In this document: in pieces, positions 37,501-50,670 of the stretch
Layout: each line of letters begins with the position of its first letter
How positions within the stretch are numbered: position 1 is the stretch's first letter
Assembly: GCA_951406725.2 (NCBI GenBank)
Contig: OX597815.1
Location: 165,416,001-165,480,000, forward strand
DNA length: 64,000 nt
Reading direction: 5' to 3'
Origin: Octopus vulgaris
Taxonomy: Eukaryota
Translations under genes and position numbers: made by a program
Notes under the pieces: model-generated
The model's database searches: none
Told to the model about the DNA's origin: nothing
What the model saw: only the letters and a program-made list of their open reading frames with translations

Positions 37501-38578
37501 TATATGTGTACACTTACATACTTATGCATATATATATATATGTATGTATGTACATATACACACACACACATAAAGTCGCACGAAGCAGTGTTGAATAAGA
37601 TATATATAAAAGTCATATCAAACACGTTCGAGACAACTCGGACGTGTTCAATATCACTTCTCTTCGAAGACGCTCTCCTCCTAAACAAGATGCGTGAGAA
37701 TACAGTAGGCTGTGAATGATATTGTTACATCGTAGGATGCATCTGTTTTCTCGTGTCGTCGGCATATATAGCTGCAATACATGAAAACAGACTTTCTTAA
37801 AGTAAAAAGTCATTAATTATATGCAAAGAATTTAACAAGAAAAGACTGACTGATAAAAGAGAATACCTGATTGAAGTAGGAATTTGTGTATGCACTTCCA
37901 TTGTCTTTAGCATGTTTGAAAATTCGAAGACATTTAAAGCGATTATACAAAATACTGCCTTCCATGAGATCTGTGTTTTAAAGATTAGTTTAAATATAAC
38001 TGATAAATACAGTTCATATAATTTACATGACTAATAAATAAATAAGTTAAAATCGATCTACATCCAAATATATATGTGTATGTGTGCGTGTGTACTTGTG
38101 TTTGTAGGTGTGTGCATATTTGTGTGTGTTTTATGTGTAGAGGGTGTGTAGCGTATCTTTGATGATAAAGAGATGTGATGTGATAGCAATGTGAACTCCC
38201 ATCCAATGATTTGATTTGTTGTTTAAATTGATTCATTTAAACCAATCAAATGACGCATGTCTTCTTTGATAGCAAGTAGCAGTCGATACGATAGTATTAG
38301 AATCAACAGCGACATTTCGTCGGTAATTTTAACTTTGAACAAGTGACTTGTTCGATTTTCTAATAGCAGGCGTAACGTGTTACTTGCCGATCACAGTACA
38401 GCCATTTTACCAAATATCGCAGCTCAACAGAACAGCTGCAGATCAACTCAACAGTGACACGACATCGATTACAATAATACTGAAGAATAATAATGCGACG
38501 TACGGTTTTTTGCTGCTCAGAGTTTCCCTTCTACGACGGACTGTATCACTTTAGTTCTCAGCTCAGGTATCATTTGAA

Positions 38579-38980
38579 GGGCGGCGAGCTGGCAGAAACG
38601 TTGGCACGCCGGGCGAAATACTTAGTGGTATTTCGTCTGCTGTTACGTTCTGAGTTCAAATTCCGCCGAGGTCGACTTTGCATTTCATCCTTTCGGGGTC
38701 GATAAATTAAGTACCAGTTACGCACTGGGATCGATGTAATCAACTTAATCCGTTTGTCCCTTCTGTGTTTAGCCCCTTGTGGGTAGTAAAGAAATAGGTA
38801 TTTCGTCTGCTGTTACGTTCTGAGTTCAAATTCCGCCGAGGTCGACTTTGCCTCTCATTCTTTCGGTGTCGATTAAATAAGTACCAGTTATGCACTGGGG
38901 TCGATATAATCGACTTAATCCGTTTGTCTGTCCTTGTTCGTCTTCTCTGTGTTTAGCCCCTTGTGGGTAGTAAAGAAATA
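38579..38980 (+). mobile_element. SINE A head-to-tail partial dimer inside a single TSD
   Basis: Full unit at 38579-38796, then restart at internal GGTATTTCGTC; TSD AGGTAT(C/T)ATTTGAAG at 38565-38579 and 38980-38994. Confidence 0.92.
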
Positions 38981-40024
38981 GGTATTATTTGAAGCATACG
39001 GTAATGGAATCGTAAATATATACATATAAATCTCCAGATGATTATGGCAGTTTCTTCGTGCCTGGAGATCCTGAGGAAAAGTGGCACGTCTTCAAATGAC
39101 TATGCGAAATGAGCCTTGACGTTGTAGGACTTTTCTTTCTGCATACGCTTAGTGGTTTTAAAGTGTGAGACGGTCTACACAATCCGATTCTACTCAGTAA
39201 ATTTGGAGGTTTGACCACAGTGTCTGAGCGAGCTAAGACGGTTGCGATGACCAGCAAGTTGTAGATTATATAATTGCCTTACGGGGCTGGAGAACTTCGC
39301 ATATATATGTATATACACTTTAAAACGTATATATGATTGCAAACTAATTTACACGTACATGCACGCACACACATACGCACATATACTCTCATTCACACTA
39401 GCACACACATGTGTCTATAGGCACATACACATTCAGGTACACGTCATCAGTTTTTGTAGAATAATGTACTCAGTATAGTAATCGATAACATTTCAGTAGT
39501 TTTTGTATATTCTTAACGTGGAAACTATTGCTTTTTTTTTTTAATACAGAACATTAATTTTATCTTGTTGATCATGCTTGTCACAATTCAATTAATTTAT
39601 CGGTAACCAAAGAATAAATCTCCTCATTTTGTTATTATTATAGAATAAAATTATCTTATCGTTTACTCTGCATCTTGTTTTTTAGTGGAATTAAAGCTGT
39701 CTGTATGCTTCTCAATGTCAATCTCTCTCTACCTTCCGTTCTCCCTCTCTCCCTTCCGTCCTCTCACTCACTCATTCTCTCCCCCACCCTCACATGAATA
39801 TATATATCGCTTCCCAATTAAAAGAATTCTCTTATCTGTGTATTTTTCCGGTTTTGATCACTGACAGTTCTCTATCCATCTATCTTGCCGACTTCCGTTT
39901 TCTGAATTCATGGATATCGATGCAGACAACGAAACATGTCAGTCTACACAAATTTCTCTACATATCCTTCAAATATATCTTTTGTTCTTATTTCCCAAAC
40001 ATGTATGTGTGTATATATAATAAT

Positions 40025-40240
40025 AATCTTTTCTATTCTACTGTAGACACAAGGCCTGAAATGTTAGGGTATGGAGCTAGCCCAATACATCGACCCGAGT
40101 TCTTACCTGGTACTTTTCAATCGACCACTAAAGGATGTAAGGCAAAATCGACCCCAGCGGAATTTGAACTTACAACGTAAAAACGGACGAAATGCCGCTA
40201 TGTATTTTGTCCAGGGTGCTAACGATTCTGCCAGGTCATC
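40025..40240 (-). mobile_element. SINE A
   Basis: ACAAGGCCTGAAAT...GGCAAAATCGACCCCAGCGGAATTTGAACT...GCTAACGATTCTGCCAG. Confidence 0.85.
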
Positions 40241-40243
40241 AAC

Positions 40244-40612
<369 letters not shown>

Positions 40613-40983
40613 ATATATATATATATATATGGGTACATGACATCACCAACGGTAAACAACATGAAATACGAAAGCAAATGAGTTCAATACGCAAACAACG
40701 AGAGAAACAAATAGAAAACAGGACAAGTAACATAAAGAACGACCTTTCATCAGTTTTCGGCTGTGGAGTAGATAGACAGCTGACAACTGATGAAGGGTCG
40801 TTATGCATATATATATATATATATGCAGTAATAATAAATAGAGAGAAAGCGAAGTTGGTATTTTAAGCTTTAGAAAACATATACACATTTTTAGTAAATC
40901 GACAGTTAAACGGCCATATGTAAAACACTCATCACCACCTCAACGTTTGCAATGAAAATATTTGCTCTCATTTATTCAATCTA

Positions 40984-41623
40984 AGGGCGACGAGCATGTA
41001 GAATCGTTAACACGCCGGGCGAAATGCTTAACAGTATTTCGTCAGTCTTCGTGTTCTGAGTTCAAATTCCGCCGAGGTCGACTTTGCCTTTCATCCTTTC
41101 GGGGCCAATTAAATAAGTTCCAGTTATGCACTGGGGTCGAGGTAATCGACTTAATCTCTTTGTCAGTCCTTGTTTGTCCCCTCTATGTTTAGCCCCTTGT
41201 GGGCAATAAAGAAATAAGAATCGTTAACACGCCGGGCGAAATGCATAGCAGTATTCGTGTTCTGGGTTCAAATTCCTCCTCCTCGACTTTGCCTTTGGGG
41301 TAAATTAAATAAGTACTAGTTGTGCACTGGAGTCGATGTAATCGACTTAATCTCTTTGTCAGTGTTCTGGGCTCAAATTCCTCCTCCTCGACTTTGCCTT
41401 TGGGGTAAATTAAATAAGTACTAGTTGTGCACTGGAGTCGATGTAATCGACTTAATCTCTTTGTCAGTGTTCTGGGCTCAAATTCCTCCTCCTCGACTTT
41501 GCCTTTGGGGTAAATTAAATAAGTACTAGTTGTGCACTGGAGTCGATGTAATCGACTTAATCTCTTTGTCAGTCCTTGTTTGTCTCCTCTATGTTTAGTC
41601 CCCAGTAGGCAATAAAGAAATAA
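40984..41623 (+). mobile_element. SINE A multimer: full unit plus a second unit carrying three 105-bp tandem repeats, inside one 14-bp TSD
   Basis: TSD ATTTATTCAATCTA at 40970-40983 and 41624-41637; 105-bp units start at 41257, 41362 and 41467. Confidence 0.92.
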
Positions 41624-42145
41624 ATTTATTCAATCTATGCAAATTTCATTCAACATTATTGGTAAGACAGAATAGAGAGTAACAAAGTCTGAAGTAGTAA
41701 GGGCCGATGCGAGGAGGGCGGTGGAGGCTATGCTCCCCCGCCTCCGTACATATTCGGAGAGACACACACCACTCATATCATACACAACAGCAACCGCACG
41801 CAGTAGAGAGAAGAGAGGAAATTTAAGTAAACTGAACGAAGTAGGCTCAATGATAACAATAACAAGAATAAGAAGAATGGTTACAGTAATAATAGTTATA
41901 ACAACGCAACTTCAGTACGAACAGATCAGAAAGGGAATCGCGACATAAAGTCGAAGTCTCTGACAGGTTTATGGTATCAGTTTGAATAGTCTTCGACACT
42001 GCGTCGGATATTAATGTTCGTAAATATTTTTATGATCCTCAGACATCTGCAGGTACTACACTGCGCGCCTCTACATAGCCCGTTCATACGCAGCCACTCG
42101 CGTGCGCATATACGTTTACGAGCGGCGCGCACACACAGACGACAG

Positions 42146-42204
<59 letters not shown>

Positions 42205-42206
<2 letters not shown>

Positions 42207-42270
42207 GGTCCACACACAGCCGGTCCACACACAGCCGGATCCACACACAGCCGGATCCACACAGATCCAC
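42205..42270. repeat. 15/16-bp minisatellite CCGG(A)TCCACACACAG x4 growing out of a (CA)n tract
   Basis: Directly visible. Confidence 0.9.
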
Positions 42271-42714
42271 ATGTAAAGTCATCTAAGCATTTAGGTACAG
42301 TCACAGGCACAGATGTACCCACTCGACTGCTAAAAAAAGCAGCATCCAAAGTCCTTTGAAATCTCACCCTACCGATATTAAATGAAAAACAAGACATTGT
42401 AAAATATTGACCCAGAAACACTGCGCTTGTGATAAGAGATTGTAGCTACTTTCCAAACGGTTACAGCTGGAAGGATTTCCTCATAGGCTAATTGTATTAG
42501 CGTTGACCTGTGGCTAAACAACCGCTATTAATACTTCATATCATTTCTTTCTACACTGATGTCTCTACACTAAAACCTATGTTACCGTCTAAATGCTATC
42601 TTCGAGATAGATTGTTAGAGCTAGTGTGTGTGTATGTGTGTGTATGTGCGTGTATGTGTGTGTGTGTGTGTGTGTGTATGTGTGTGTGTGTGTGTGTTTG
42701 TATAATATGTGTAG

Positions 42715-42873
42715 CAATGTGGACATAGTTGAATGGTTAAGGACACGCTTTCCAACTACAAGGTTTCGGGTTCAGTCCTACAGCGCGGCCCCATGGGCAA
42801 ATATGTACTATAACTCCGAGCCAATTAATACCCTGAAGCGAATTTGGTTGGCGGAAACTGTGTGGAAGCCCGT

Positions 42874-42878
<5 letters not shown>
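42715..42878 (+). mobile_element. SINE B, 5' half, diverged
   Basis: TGGTTAAG...GGGTTCAGTCC...GGGCAAAT...GGAAACTGTGTGGAAGCCCGTCG. Confidence 0.7.
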
Positions 42879-42957
<79 letters not shown>

Positions 42958-43238
42958 TGTGTGTGTGTGTATGTGTGTGTGTATATGTGTGTGTACGTAC
43001 ACACATACGCACACACAGATATTCTGCTTTTGTATATATAAATACAGCTGTACATAAACCTGAAGTAACTCGCCAGAAACGTATGTTTATATGAATATGT
43101 GTGAATGTGGGATTTGTAAATACTACTATATTTATGATGAGTATATTTAATCGAATAACATATAATTCTTGTACCATATATGAGTGTGTATGTGTGTGTA
43201 CGCATGTATGTATACATACATATACGTATATATGTATG

Positions 43239-43328
<90 letters not shown>

Positions 43329-43413
43329 CAGGCTTTAAAAAATAAGTATATATATATGTATATATGTATATATATGTATACATATATATACATATATATA
43401 CATATATATTTAG

Positions 43414-43445
<32 letters not shown>

Positions 43446-44095
43446 ATATAGATATATATGTGTATATATATAGCTATATATATATATGTATATATATATT
43501 TATATATATATCTATGTTTTTGTGTGTGTCTCTATATATATGTATATGTGTTTGTGTATATATATATGTGTGTGCTTGTATATTTATATATATATATATT
43601 TGTATGTGCTTGAATATGTATATATATATATAAACGTTTATATGTATACACACGCAAGCATACACACACACACATCCATAAACCGCCAGCACACATATAT
43701 GCATATATATTTTTCTGTCTCTTCCTAATTGAATTATCAATGTTTGTTCTGACCGGTCGACCATACGGTGGCAAAGTTATAAAGGAAATAAATGATAAAT
43801 AAATGAAAGACTATATTGTTCTCTTCAACGCTATTTTCCACAGCCATTCAACCTTTAAATTTTAAATAGTTCATACAAGATTTTATAGTCACCAATATAG
43901 CAATCATCTGTAGCATATAACTTCAGCCATATTTTCATGCACGTGCTTTGGTGCTTTGGTATTATTGTTACTATGTTAACTGAAGTAAAACTGGAAGTAT
44001 ATTTTGGCTGCTGGATTTGTTCACTTCATATCGGAATGCCATTCATGATTTATTTTGCTTTTATATGCTTGACCACATTGATGATAATGATGATG

Positions 44096-44174
<79 letters not shown>

Positions 44175-44175
<1 letters not shown>

Positions 44176-44367
44176 TCTTTTACTCTTTTACTTGTTTCAG
44201 TCATTTGACTGTGGCCATGCTGGAGCACCGCCTTTAGAAGAGCAAATCGACCCCAGGACTTATTTTTTGTAAGCCTAGTAGTTCTTCTATCGGTCTCCTT
44301 CGCCGAACCACTAAGTTATGGGGACGTAAACACACCAGCATTGTTGTCAAGCACAGACAAACACAGG

Positions 44368-44398
<31 letters not shown>

Positions 44399-44560
44399 AC
44401 ATACAGATATATACATATCTTTCTTTCAGTTTCCGCCTACTAAATCCACTCACAAGGCTTCGGTTGACACGAGGCTATAGCAGAAGACACTTGCCCAAGG
44501 TACTACGCAGTGTGACTGAACTCGGGACCATGAGAAGCAAGTTTCTTACCACACAGCCAT
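44175..44560 (-). mobile_element. SINE B, near full length
   Basis: CTCTTTTACTTGTTTCAGTCATTTGACTGTGGCC...CACTTGCCCAAGG...CTTACCACACAGCC. Confidence 0.9.
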
Positions 44561-44571
44561 ACGTACATACA

Positions 44572-44605
<34 letters not shown>

Positions 44606-47600
44606 CACACGTATGTATGTATGTATATATATATATATATACATACATGTGTGTGCGTGTATGTGTGTGTATACATACAGACATGTATGTATACATGTAT
44701 ATATGCATGCATATCGTGGCGTAGGAGTTGGCTCCAAGTCTTAAATTGTAGGGAAAAAATTAAAACGTAAACGAGAATGTGGATAATGTCGTTACATATG
44801 AACAGGCACTTATTTTCCTCCATTACACTCTCACGAATATCTGATTGAGATGATCTCCTGTAGTTTATGCTGTGTCTTTAGAAGATAAAAGTTGTGCATT
44901 TTAAGGAAGGGAGGTTTTTGGCCAAACTTTATAAGAAGACATGAGTGTTGGAGCTGAGAGTTAGTGGCATCAAGTACCCAAAATTATTGGATTTCCAGAG
45001 CTTCATTTGAATATATTTCGACTCCTTTGCCTGTGGTCCGTATAATTTTCATCTTTTAGTGAGGGAAGGCAGAACTTAGTACATCACTTATCTCACACCA
45101 GTCTCTACGTTCGCAGGATATTGCTATATATTTGATAGTTATTAAGCAAGCCAAAAATGCATCCTTATCACTTTTTCCTGATGAACTCATATTTCTGCAT
45201 GAATGAATTTTATCGTAGCTATATTTGAGAAAAACATTAGGCAATCAGTTTAAATTTTGAAAAACAAGCTACATCTCCATCATATACGGGTATTTCAGCA
45301 CGCTCCCATCATTCACCATGTTTTTCTTTCTTGGGGAGTAAAATGTAAGGCGTTCGATATAAAATTTTCTATAAAGGAGAATTAGAATCTAAAGCAGGGT
45401 GTGTACCTTAACATTTAAATTAAACAAAAAAAAAATTGTACTATTTTTAAAATCAATTCAATTCCAACTTCAGCTGTAATATCTTTAATTGTCCATTTCT
45501 TTTTCCGTATTTTTCTAGATTCAAATAAAAATATTATCACTCCGGCGCCCGCATTTTCCTGCTAGTCCACACCTTTTACAGCTAACGTTTTTTACAGTCC
45601 CCAAATAATTGTTATTGACACAAACTCAAAACGTATAAAAAGGAAAAAAACATAATGAATGTTTTTGAAAAAGTTTATAGCATAGTAAAAAAAAAGTAAA
45701 TTTTACGTATTGACAAGTAATTTATTTGAAAATGCCATTCAGGAAGTTATGATGAAAGAGAAAATGTTACATGAAACAGGAGTACTTGAAATAAGTGGCG
45801 CCAATAAAAGAAAGTACAGCAAATATGATTCGGCCAGTTTGAGATAAAGGAGGTTTAATCACGCTGAGACCGGGGTATTTGCAGTTAGTGAGCAGGTATT
45901 TGTAGTAAGCAAGTATTGTTTTTGGCAAGCATGTTCTTTCCATAGTTTATATCTGTCAGAGCTGGAGTCCTGAGTCAACAGAAGACCAAGACTATGTAAA
46001 TGACATCTGAAAAATTGTCAGGTGCTCTCATCCCTCTACCATCTGAACAATACGTGTAACTTATATATTAGTATTATATGTAACTTATATGTTAGTATAC
46101 AATACGTGTAACTGTAACTTACATGTCGGTATATGTTAGTGTAACTAATATGTTAGTATTAAGCGAGTGATAAGGAAGTGAAACGGTGTTCTGGTTTCGG
46201 CGTCACCTAAAATTGACTGGTTGGACATTTTGGGCTCGGGCCTACGGTTGACTTTCAGAAATCTCTGACATAGAAATTTTACCGGGAAAAAAGGCTGGTT
46301 TCAAAACAAAACCTGCAGGAAGGATGTGGTATTAATCGAGCAGAAGTGTAGCGAAATGTTCGTCACACACTGACCCAATATTCGAACATTGCTGACTTTT
46401 TGAAGTTTTGTCAAATAACTATTGTTACCACTAGGACAGACTTGTCTATCGGCCGAGCCCATCGTGAAGATCGCCCCACCACATTCCTTTGACTAAGAGA
46501 GGCAGGTAGTTTCCCTTTATTCTGGTTGTTCTGGTGAAAGATGAGACGAAAAGTGCTGGACACAGACGCTTTCTCTTTTCGTCCTAGTTCTACTTGAAGA
46601 GGAAGGTGTCGATGGCGAGAGAGATGTTGTTCTCCAGTAAATTTATGAAAAGTGGGGTAAATTGGCGAATATGGCCATTGTGGATGGGTTAGCTCTTTGC
46701 ATTACCATACAGTCAGTAGGGCTATGAAAGAACACTTAGCCCTGCGAGTAAGGTTAATCCTCAATTCATGGGGCAACTTAATTAGCCGTAGGTGGCGATC
46801 CTTCAGTAGGAGCAATATAGAATTGGATATAATGTGTATGCTTTCGTTTTCTCTTTCTCACAGATACATACACGCATACTGCATTTAAAGAATGTCAAAT
46901 ATATTAGATGAGTTGTTTATCGTTGACATTTCTGATATATTTATTTTAAATGTGACTATTTAGACAACAGATATTTCTGAAGTTATTTATTCCTGATCAA
47001 TACACCATTACTTACATTCCGTTAATGGAAAATAAATTATTAAATTCGTTATTGGTACAAAGAGAAAGACGCGATGCGCTTCTAGTAAACAGATATTGTA
47101 TTATTCTTTAACTCATTTTAATGTAAATCTATTTCTATCAGTAGATATTGTTTACTATGTACATACTTGCGACAAAGCTGATAGACAGATCGATAGAATC
47201 AGTGGGAAGTGCATCCCATCCAAAACACGTTCGATGTCGGTGTTGTCGAAGAGATGCACTCCGATATATGCGTATGAAACCTCATTTCAATAGATAAAAT
47301 GGAGAAATATTCGTTACAATGATAACCAAGAAGTTAACGAATGGAAGCAAGCAAAATATCCTGAGGAAATATGCTCAGAAATTCAATGTATTTTGCATTA
47401 CTATTAAAACTCCTTAATGTTTGAAAGATGTTACGTTGCTGTATATCTAAGTGTGTCAACGTTTTCCTCCTACGTTTCGCTTTCCAAGTAATCTTTTTTT
47501 CTTACGTATAGCCCATAGCTTGTTCAACCTTATAATAACACGTTGAACTGATCTGGACTGCATATTCGTTATCCAAATTACTTGCGACAAAAGTCTATAT

Positions 47601-48049
47601 TCAAAAACTTACACGCAAACAAAATTTCCATTTGGATTTTAAATATTTCTGCAGTTTTCAAAACATTACAGACATTCGCATCATGAATCAAATATACAAA
47701 CATAACGAAATTTAGTGGCGCCTATTTTTTTTTGTTTGTTTGTTTGTTTGTCTTTGGTTACACTTATTGAAGATGCAATTTAATAATTTCTATAGTTCAC
47801 GAAACGATTTTCTGCACTGACTGAATTGCTTGGTTCAATGGTATCTTTCATCATTTGAAACGAAATACCTCTATTTGACATCTAGTCTTTTATGAAGAAA
47901 TAAGCTGACAGGTGTGTTAAGTTTCTTTCCTTGTTTGGTTTTACAGGAGCAATGTCTCAACTTTGTGACGACGGAGGGGTTATAATGGGTCTGTAGAATA
48001 TTATCATTGTACTGAGTGACTGTATCACATTAAGTCTTAAGTTAAACAT

Positions 48050-49140
48050 AATGGATCAAACCTATGATCAATGGCGTTCCGGCTCGAGACACTGCTCGCC
48101 TATTCACTTGAATGCCTTCGACTTGTGTGGCTTTTCGTAGCATAGATTTAGGACCAATGCATGTATAAACAGTAACAGCAACTAAACTCCCGTTGGCATA
48201 TTCAAGCAGTACATCTATACCCATCTCTAGTACTGACTTCGTAGTTTGAATTAGTACAACTCTATAAGATTATGAGTCATTCTGTGTGTTTGATGGTATT
48301 CCATAATGGTGGATTATCACTTCTTTTACTTTTATGCATCAAGAGCTACATTGTCCAATGTGTTTTATAGAAAGCAAAGAATATAATTTGATAGGTGTTT
48401 GGTTGTCATTTCATGCAAACCGAGAGACTACGTCAAAACATTCTCATCAATTCGTGATAGTATTTTGTTAATCCTGATCATGGATAGTTCGTTGGATGCA
48501 GCATAAAGTTTGTCACCCGTCAGTTTAGTTTGCTCTATTTCTAATTGGTCGATGTAGACATTAGTAGTGGCAGATATACTCAAGATGTAATAAGTTTTTT
48601 TCTTGGTGGCAGGAATGGTTGGTAAATTGATGTTGAGGCCAATACTTTTCGTAGATACGCTGAAACCAGAAATTGCCGGGAATTGGTCTTGTCTGACAGG
48701 GCCACGCTATCAAAGTCTACTTACTGTAGAGATTTTACCTGTGTTGCTTTCTTTAGCGATTTATGATAAATGTAAATGAAAATAGTTACAACTGCCAGTA
48801 CTTTAAGCCAGGCACGATGTCCATCGTTAGCCCTGACTTTGCTCTTTGAGTCGGTGCACATCTTTTAGATTGAAAGGTATTCTTTTTGTTTCACGATATT
48901 CCAAAATGATTATTTGTGTTAGGTGAAAGCAAAGAAAGTTTGGTATTTGTTATATTTCTCACTAATGTGTCAGAGGGCGAATATTTATTGAACAAATAGA
49001 TATGTTTTGCTGCAAACCTGCCTGTTTTTTTTATGCAGTTTCTTATCAACCAAATACTACATGCAGTTGAAGATAATTAAATAATATACACTTCATAGGG
49101 TCAAATGAAATGAGCATGCCTATGTCTGGAATGCAAATCA
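48050..49140 (-). mobile_element. Heavily decayed RTE-like LINE reverse-transcriptase relic (may extend to ~50300)
   Basis: Ordered minus-strand relics: LVDKKLHKK / QAGLQQNIS..IFAL*HISEKY (~48950-49050), FWNIVKQ, AKVRANDGHRAWLKV (~48800-48845), DSVAL..TKSIGLNIN (~48625-48712), IRINK. Confidence 0.55.
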
Positions 49141-49161
49141 TGGTAACATTGTTCCCGGCTT

Positions 49162-49199
<38 letters not shown>

Positions 49200-50449
49200 G
49201 AACTCTATAGATGATTACAAATTTTGCACACAACTAGTAATCTACTCTCGCGTTCTGCTGTTTTAAATGTATGAGAATTCATTATTTAACTTTCTTCTAA
49301 TGGTTTTCAAAATCTCATCGTATCTCGATGACAATTGATAGAAATCCTAATATATCTTCTTAGCATCGACTGAGAACTTCAAGTAAAACTGAAGCATGTA
49401 CGTAGCTTTCACCTTGTTCACTAATAAAAACAAAATTAATCCCCTAAGTATAAGCATGCAATTTTCTGTTAAATTAGATGTTTCCAATTTTCTTGGTTAT
49501 CTTCTTTTTCTCTTTGGGAATCGTTAAAAATTATCGCTTGCTTTTATATTAATTTTTCAAGTAAAACGGCAATTTTCCCTTAGATCATTAAAAGTGGGGG
49601 TTTTTTGTATACGTTTTGAATTAAGCTCTTTGAATTTTGCTGAGCATAACTTCTACGCTGCTGCTAGCATCAGACGATAACTGCCAAACGGTTATTGCTG
49701 AGAATCAATAGCAGTTGTCCCAGGTAAACTGCCACGCACTGTTACTAATCCGAGGGCACAGTATAATAAAATTTCGTCGTTATTCTCGTATCTCGGACAC
49801 ACTCGATTAGCCATATTGACATGCCTGTATAATCACTAACACATTTTTAATATCTTATTGTATCCTTTACCTTCACTTCATTTTTATCGATAATGCCTTT
49901 TCATTGATGCATGAACGGCAAATGCCCATTTATTTTGTCATCTGGAGTCAATAGAGATGAACAATCGTTGATGGGTACCACTGATCACAAAAGATTAAAC
50001 AACTGATACTGTTTATCGCGCAAGTGAAAAGAGAGATTTGTTTCCAGGAGAAGAGGTATGTGTGTGCATTTGGGTATCTCAATCTCTGATAGATATACAA
50101 TTACATACCAAAGGAAGTATCATACATACGAATAAGAAGGCTGTGTTTCACGTGTTCAGAGGACTATCTTTCGCATTTTCAGAGATATCCAACCCATTAA
50201 TACATCAAACAAATAACAATGTTGATTTCACTGGCTTTTGCTTTCTCCCGTTAAAGTTTAAAGCTATGGACCACTCTGTTGTTTTAAACTGAATACTCGT
50301 TAAAAGTGATGCTTCCGTAATGTCGAATTTTAGATGTTTACTTTTCGTTTAACAGCTATTCATCAGATTCAAAAACAGGTTTCTCCTTTTCAGATTATAT
50401 TTATTCACTCTTTTTGCAGTCGAGTGTAGAAATATATTAAAGATATTTT

Positions 50450-50670
50450 TAGTTTCTAATTTAGGTACGAGGCTAACAAATTTGAGGGAAGGGTTTTAGT
50501 CAATACCATCAATCCCAGAATTTGACTGGTACTTTATTTCGTCGACCCTAGAAAGATTAAAGACAAATATTATCTCAGATAGGAGATTTGAACTTAGAGT
50601 ATAATGAGTCGGAAGAATATCGCAAAGCATTTCGTTCGACGATCTAACGATTCTGCCAGTTCAACACCCT
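50450..50670 (-). mobile_element. SINE A, diverged
   Basis: CTGGTACTTTATTTCGTCGACCC...ATTTGAACTTAGAG...CTAACGATTCTGCCAGTTC. Confidence 0.78.

Noticed and set aside
39030-39295. Possible exon (PDDYGSFFVPGDPEEKWHVFK)
   Set aside because: In-frame stops; more likely an old LINE linker relic, too decayed to call.
41257-41571. CRISPR-like regular repeats (also 26918-27032 and 42205-42270)
   Set aside because: Units are contiguous tandem copies without unique spacers, derive from SINEs or microsatellites, and lie in eukaryotic DNA with no cas genes.
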